In this document: positions 61,028 to 63,569 of the stretch, in pieces
How positions within the stretch are numbered: the first letter of the stretch is position 1
Layout of the letters: each line of letters opens with the position of its first letter
Assembly (NCBI GenBank): GCA_026387435.1
Contig: JAPLLS010000085.1
Span: 1 to 63,569, forward strand
Direction: 5' to 3'
Length of the DNA: 63,569 nt
Origin: Candidatus Omnitrophota bacterium
GTDB lineage: Bacteria; Omnitrophota; Gorgyraeia; Gygaellales; Profunditerraquicolaceae
The notes under the pieces: generated by a model
What the model was told of the DNA's origin: nothing
Database searches by the model: none
Seen by the model: the letters and a program-made list of their open reading frames with translations, nothing else
Program-made: the position numbers and the translations under genes

Positions 61028-62835
61028 TCCTTTTTTATCGCCAGATCAACCAGAACATAGTCCCAACCGTATTTAATCAGCTGCTCTTTTAGTTCACGAT
61101 GATCCAGCCCTTGCGATTTCTTTTGGGATACAAAAGCACTCAATACTTCAAGATTATACTCCTGGATGCTGCTAAGGGACATTTTTATTTCTTTTTCCCT
61201 CTCCGTTAGGTTAAGGAAAAATACAAAAATGCCAAATCCCAGCGGCAGCACCATTATAGCCAGTGCGCTTATGAACAAATATGGAGTGCTTGTCCCGAGT
61301 ATATAGGCGGCTACACCCCAGAATACGTCAAAAAGATAGTGGGCCACGATCAAAGGAATAAGACCGTATCTGACAAAAATAAAACCCAGAAAAATGCCGA
61401 GCATTGTTACCTCAATGCCTCTGAACCAGATCGGAAATATCGCATACTCCGTGTGGCCGAATCCCCAGATCAAAGCGCTCAAGACGATCGCCAAGGCCGT
61501 ATTCTTCAAATATTTCCGGAACCAGCATATACTGAAAACCCGGAATACGACCTCTTCAGTGAGGCTCGCGGTAGCCCCAATCACAAAAGCGCTTAAAAAA
61601 GGAATATAGGCCGAGGAACATTGGGTAAGTTTAAACCATTGCTTCCAGACTCCCAGGTATTTTTGCCCGAGATAAAATATAACTGCCTGAAAGCCCAGCA
61701 TGATAAAGAATAAAATGTAACCTAAGAAAATCGACCTGGCCATATTTCGCCCCAGGAACGTGGATCTAAGAAATAGCGTAAAAGCCCTTGGCCAACGCTT
61801 AAAAGGAGCTTCTTCCAGAAGAGATTCTCCGGCGAGACCCGGCAGGGTAAAAGTCACGCTTATAAACAAAACGTACGTCAATGTACTCAAAACATATAGC
61901 CCGATATAGGAGTAAAGCGCTGCGCTGGTGAAATAATTATCCAGGACCTGCTGAAGGTCATTAAATACCACCAGCGTGTTCAATAAGCCTAAAAATACAG
62001 CCAGATACAAGTACCACTTTTTGGAGATCTGAAGTACTACCGACTGCCTGATCCTGATCACCAGGATAATCGAAAGAATTACCAGAATTATGAATAAAAT
62101 CCGGGAAAAATTAGCTACGAATTCTCCCAGGACAAATTGTTTTTCGATATATCTGCGGAAATGCTCGGGGATATCCAGCTCTCCTTGATAAAATTCCCGC
62201 ATCTCAGCCCCGGAAACAGTGACCCCGGAAAGAAGCTTGGCCCCGCCTAAGCCTTTTTTCCAGGGCACAAACACTCCCTTTTTCTCCCAGGAGAAATAGT
62301 AATCCGTCCTCCTGTCGTAACGTTTTACTTTTTCTTCATGGAAATCATAATCACCAAGGTTGATCCCGCAGGCTGCGGTCAAGAAATCCTCGGCTTTTTT
62401 CTTGGCAACATCCTTGGGAAAAGTCTCCCTGGCGGCTATATCCTCAATAAGGTGGCTAAAATACAGGATCTTGCCGGATTTAGGGCTTATCTCCAACAAA
62501 TACTCTTCTTTCTGAAATTCTTTGAAGAACCTTACCCGCCAGGAAAAAAATTCGTAATCCTGCTGTTTTATAAATCCCTCTTGCCCTTTTTGGCCAAGGG
62601 TCTTTTGAAGATAGGTATCCGCCAGGTTGTCCGACTTAAAAACTATGGACCTTAAATATCCTTCGGTCTTGACTCCGCAAGATTCCAAATATCCCTGGGC
62701 TTTTTCCAAGGCTTGCCCCTTATCCAGCCTAAATTCGACAAAGGAAAACTGCGGGTATCCGAATTTATACCATAGCCCCAATCCCAAAAGGGCTACGAGA
62801 ATAAAACTGATCCATTCTTTAAAAGATAGTTTCAT
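61018..62835 (-). CDS. Large membrane protein with a C-terminal CPBP (CAAX) intramembrane protease domain
   Basis: Motif 1 LTEEVVFRVF, motif 2 FGHTEY, and a later HYLFD. N-terminal periplasmic region plus many TM helices. Confidence 0.7.
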   Translation of the reverse strand: MKLSFKEWISFILVALLGLGLWYKFGYPQFSFVEFRLDKGQALEKAQGYLESCGVKTEGYLRSIVFKSDNLADTYLQKTLGQKGQEGFIKQQDYEFFSWRVRFFKEFQKEEYLLEISPKSGKILYFSHLIEDIAARETFPKDVAKKKAEDFLTAACGINLGDYDFHEEKVKRYDRRTDYYFSWEKKGVFVPWKKGLGGAKLLSGVTVSGAEMREFYQGELDIPEHFRRYIEKQFVLGEFVANFSRILFIILVILSIILVIRIRQSVVLQISKKWYLYLAVFLGLLNTLVVFNDLQQVLDNYFTSAALYSYIGLYVLSTLTYVLFISVTFTLPGLAGESLLEEAPFKRWPRAFTLFLRSTFLGRNMARSIFLGYILFFIMLGFQAVIFYLGQKYLGVWKQWFKLTQCSSAYIPFLSAFVIGATASLTEEVVFRVFSICWFRKYLKNTALAIVLSALIWGFGHTEYAIFPIWFRGIEVTMLGIFLGFIFVRYGLIPLIVAHYLFDVFWGVAAYILGTSTPYLFISALAIMVLPLGFGIFVFFLNLTEREKEIKMSLSSIQEYNLEVLSAFVSQKKSQGLDHRELKEQLIKYGWDYVLVDLAIKKEWR

Positions 62836-63479
62836 GTTTTAGAGGGATCCAAATGGTCTTCTAAGAACTTTTGCATATCCCTGGCCAAGGGAGATTCAAT
62901 CGCTACCACCTTTGAAGTCCAGGGGTGGATGAACTCCAGATGGGTAGCGTGCAAACAAACCCTTTTGGAGCGCAGAGCAAAATCCCTGCGGAAGGCAAAC
63001 TTGCTTTCTCCGACCAGCGGATGGCCGATGGCCTTAAAATGAATACGGATCTGATTGGTCCGGCCCGTTTCCGGGCTTAATTTGACCACGGAAAAATCCC
63101 GGCGGCGCTCGAGGACTTCAAAGCGGGTAGAAGCCGACTGCCCTTCGATCGGCCGATTGATCGAACCTTTATCCTGCCCAACTTGTCCGTGCACGAAAGC
63201 GATATAGGTCTTGGATATCTTGCGGCTCTTGAAAAGCTGCATCAACTGATCTTGAGCGGACTTGCCCTTGGCGTAGAGTATAAGCCCGGAAGTCTCTTTG
63301 TCCAGGCGGTGACAGGGATGCAGCCGAAAAGAAACGCCTTGTTTTTCCAGATCTTCATTGAGGATCTGGGTGAGGCTGCGGGATGTATTTCCCGGAGCCG
63401 GGACGGTCAAAAGCCCCGGAGGTTTATTAAAAATCGCCATCCACTCATCTTCGTAAAATGCCGGGATATTGCTTAACAT
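62832..63479 (-). CDS. RluA-family pseudouridine synthase
   Basis: Catalytic HRLDKETSGLILYAK; KTYIAFV; GRTNQIRIH. Confidence 0.85.
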   Translation of the reverse strand: MLSNIPAFYEDEWMAIFNKPPGLLTVPAPGNTSRSLTQILNEDLEKQGVSFRLHPCHRLDKETSGLILYAKGKSAQDQLMQLFKSRKISKTYIAFVHGQVGQDKGSINRPIEGQSASTRFEVLERRRDFSVVKLSPETGRTNQIRIHFKAIGHPLVGESKFAFRRDFALRSKRVCLHATHLEFIHPWTSKVVAIESPLARDMQKFLEDHLDPSKT

Positions 63480-63569
63480 TTAAATTATCTCCAGCATCCG
63501 GTTGATCGCCTTTTGGGCCCGGCAACGGATATCATCGGAAACCCGGACTTCCTCGCGCAGCTCCTGCAG
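63480..63569 (-). CDS. Partial CDS (C-terminal 29 codons only), unidentified
   Basis: The minus strand reads ...LQELREEVRVSDDIRCRAQKAINRMLEII* with TAA at 63482-63480, directly abutting the next ATG. The tail weakly recalls quinolinate synthase C-termini but is too short to call. Confidence 0.3.
   Translation of the reverse strand: MQELREEVRVSDDIRCRAQKAINRMLEII

Overview
This 63.6 kb bacterial chromosomal window holds about 70 protein genes. All but two are on the minus strand: a Ski2-like helicase at 21654-23531 and a cold-shock gene at 53517-53696. waaA indicates a diderm; I cannot assign a phylum from sequence alone. All family calls come from motifs read in the supplied translations, with no database search.

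Main gene blocks, left to right:
- An SOS cassette, lexA-orf92-dinB.
- copA, an SPFH protein and a STAS-PilZ protein.
- waaA-xerC-topA-dprA.
- aroK-spoVG-aroC.
- A c-di-GMP/chemotaxis pair (GAF-HD-GYP plus CheC-like).
- A long same-strand nucleotide-metabolism supra-operon transcribed from 53150 down to about 34900: purB, purS-L, LOG, purQ, purF, purF-like, purM, ORFan, purD, purE, sua5-LMW-PTP, rpiB, glyA, dCMP deaminase, nrdR, BFN nuclease, yfcE, cca.
- A right-hand block with a patatin/cNMP protein, a GH1 glucosidase, lipoproteins, yqeY, pfkB, uppP, a CPBP protease and an RluA-family synthase.

I found no CRISPR array, tRNA, rRNA, transposase or recognisable defence system.

Signals most worth a second look:
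1. A ~31-nt element with 8-nt periodicity is embedded in three unrelated CDSs (dCMP deaminase, purQ, purL). It is read in three different frames, so the conservation is at nucleotide level.
2. A ~120-nt structured repeat occurs as an inverted pair 5.9 kb apart and carries a compensatory base-pair change.
3. A ~246-nt structured RNA candidate with its own promoter, a 13-bp terminal helix and two terminators fits no RNA family I can recognise.
4. A perfect 9-2-9 palindrome fills the promoter spacer of an apparently leaderless lexA and matches no LexA box I know.
5. An unusually G+C-rich gene encodes a secreted protein with 18 Cys in about 130 residues.
6. Several genes look interrupted or internally deleted: purL, a purF paralogue, cca, nth and csp.

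The interrupted genes could reflect real gene decay or assembly/indel error; I cannot tell which from sequence alone.
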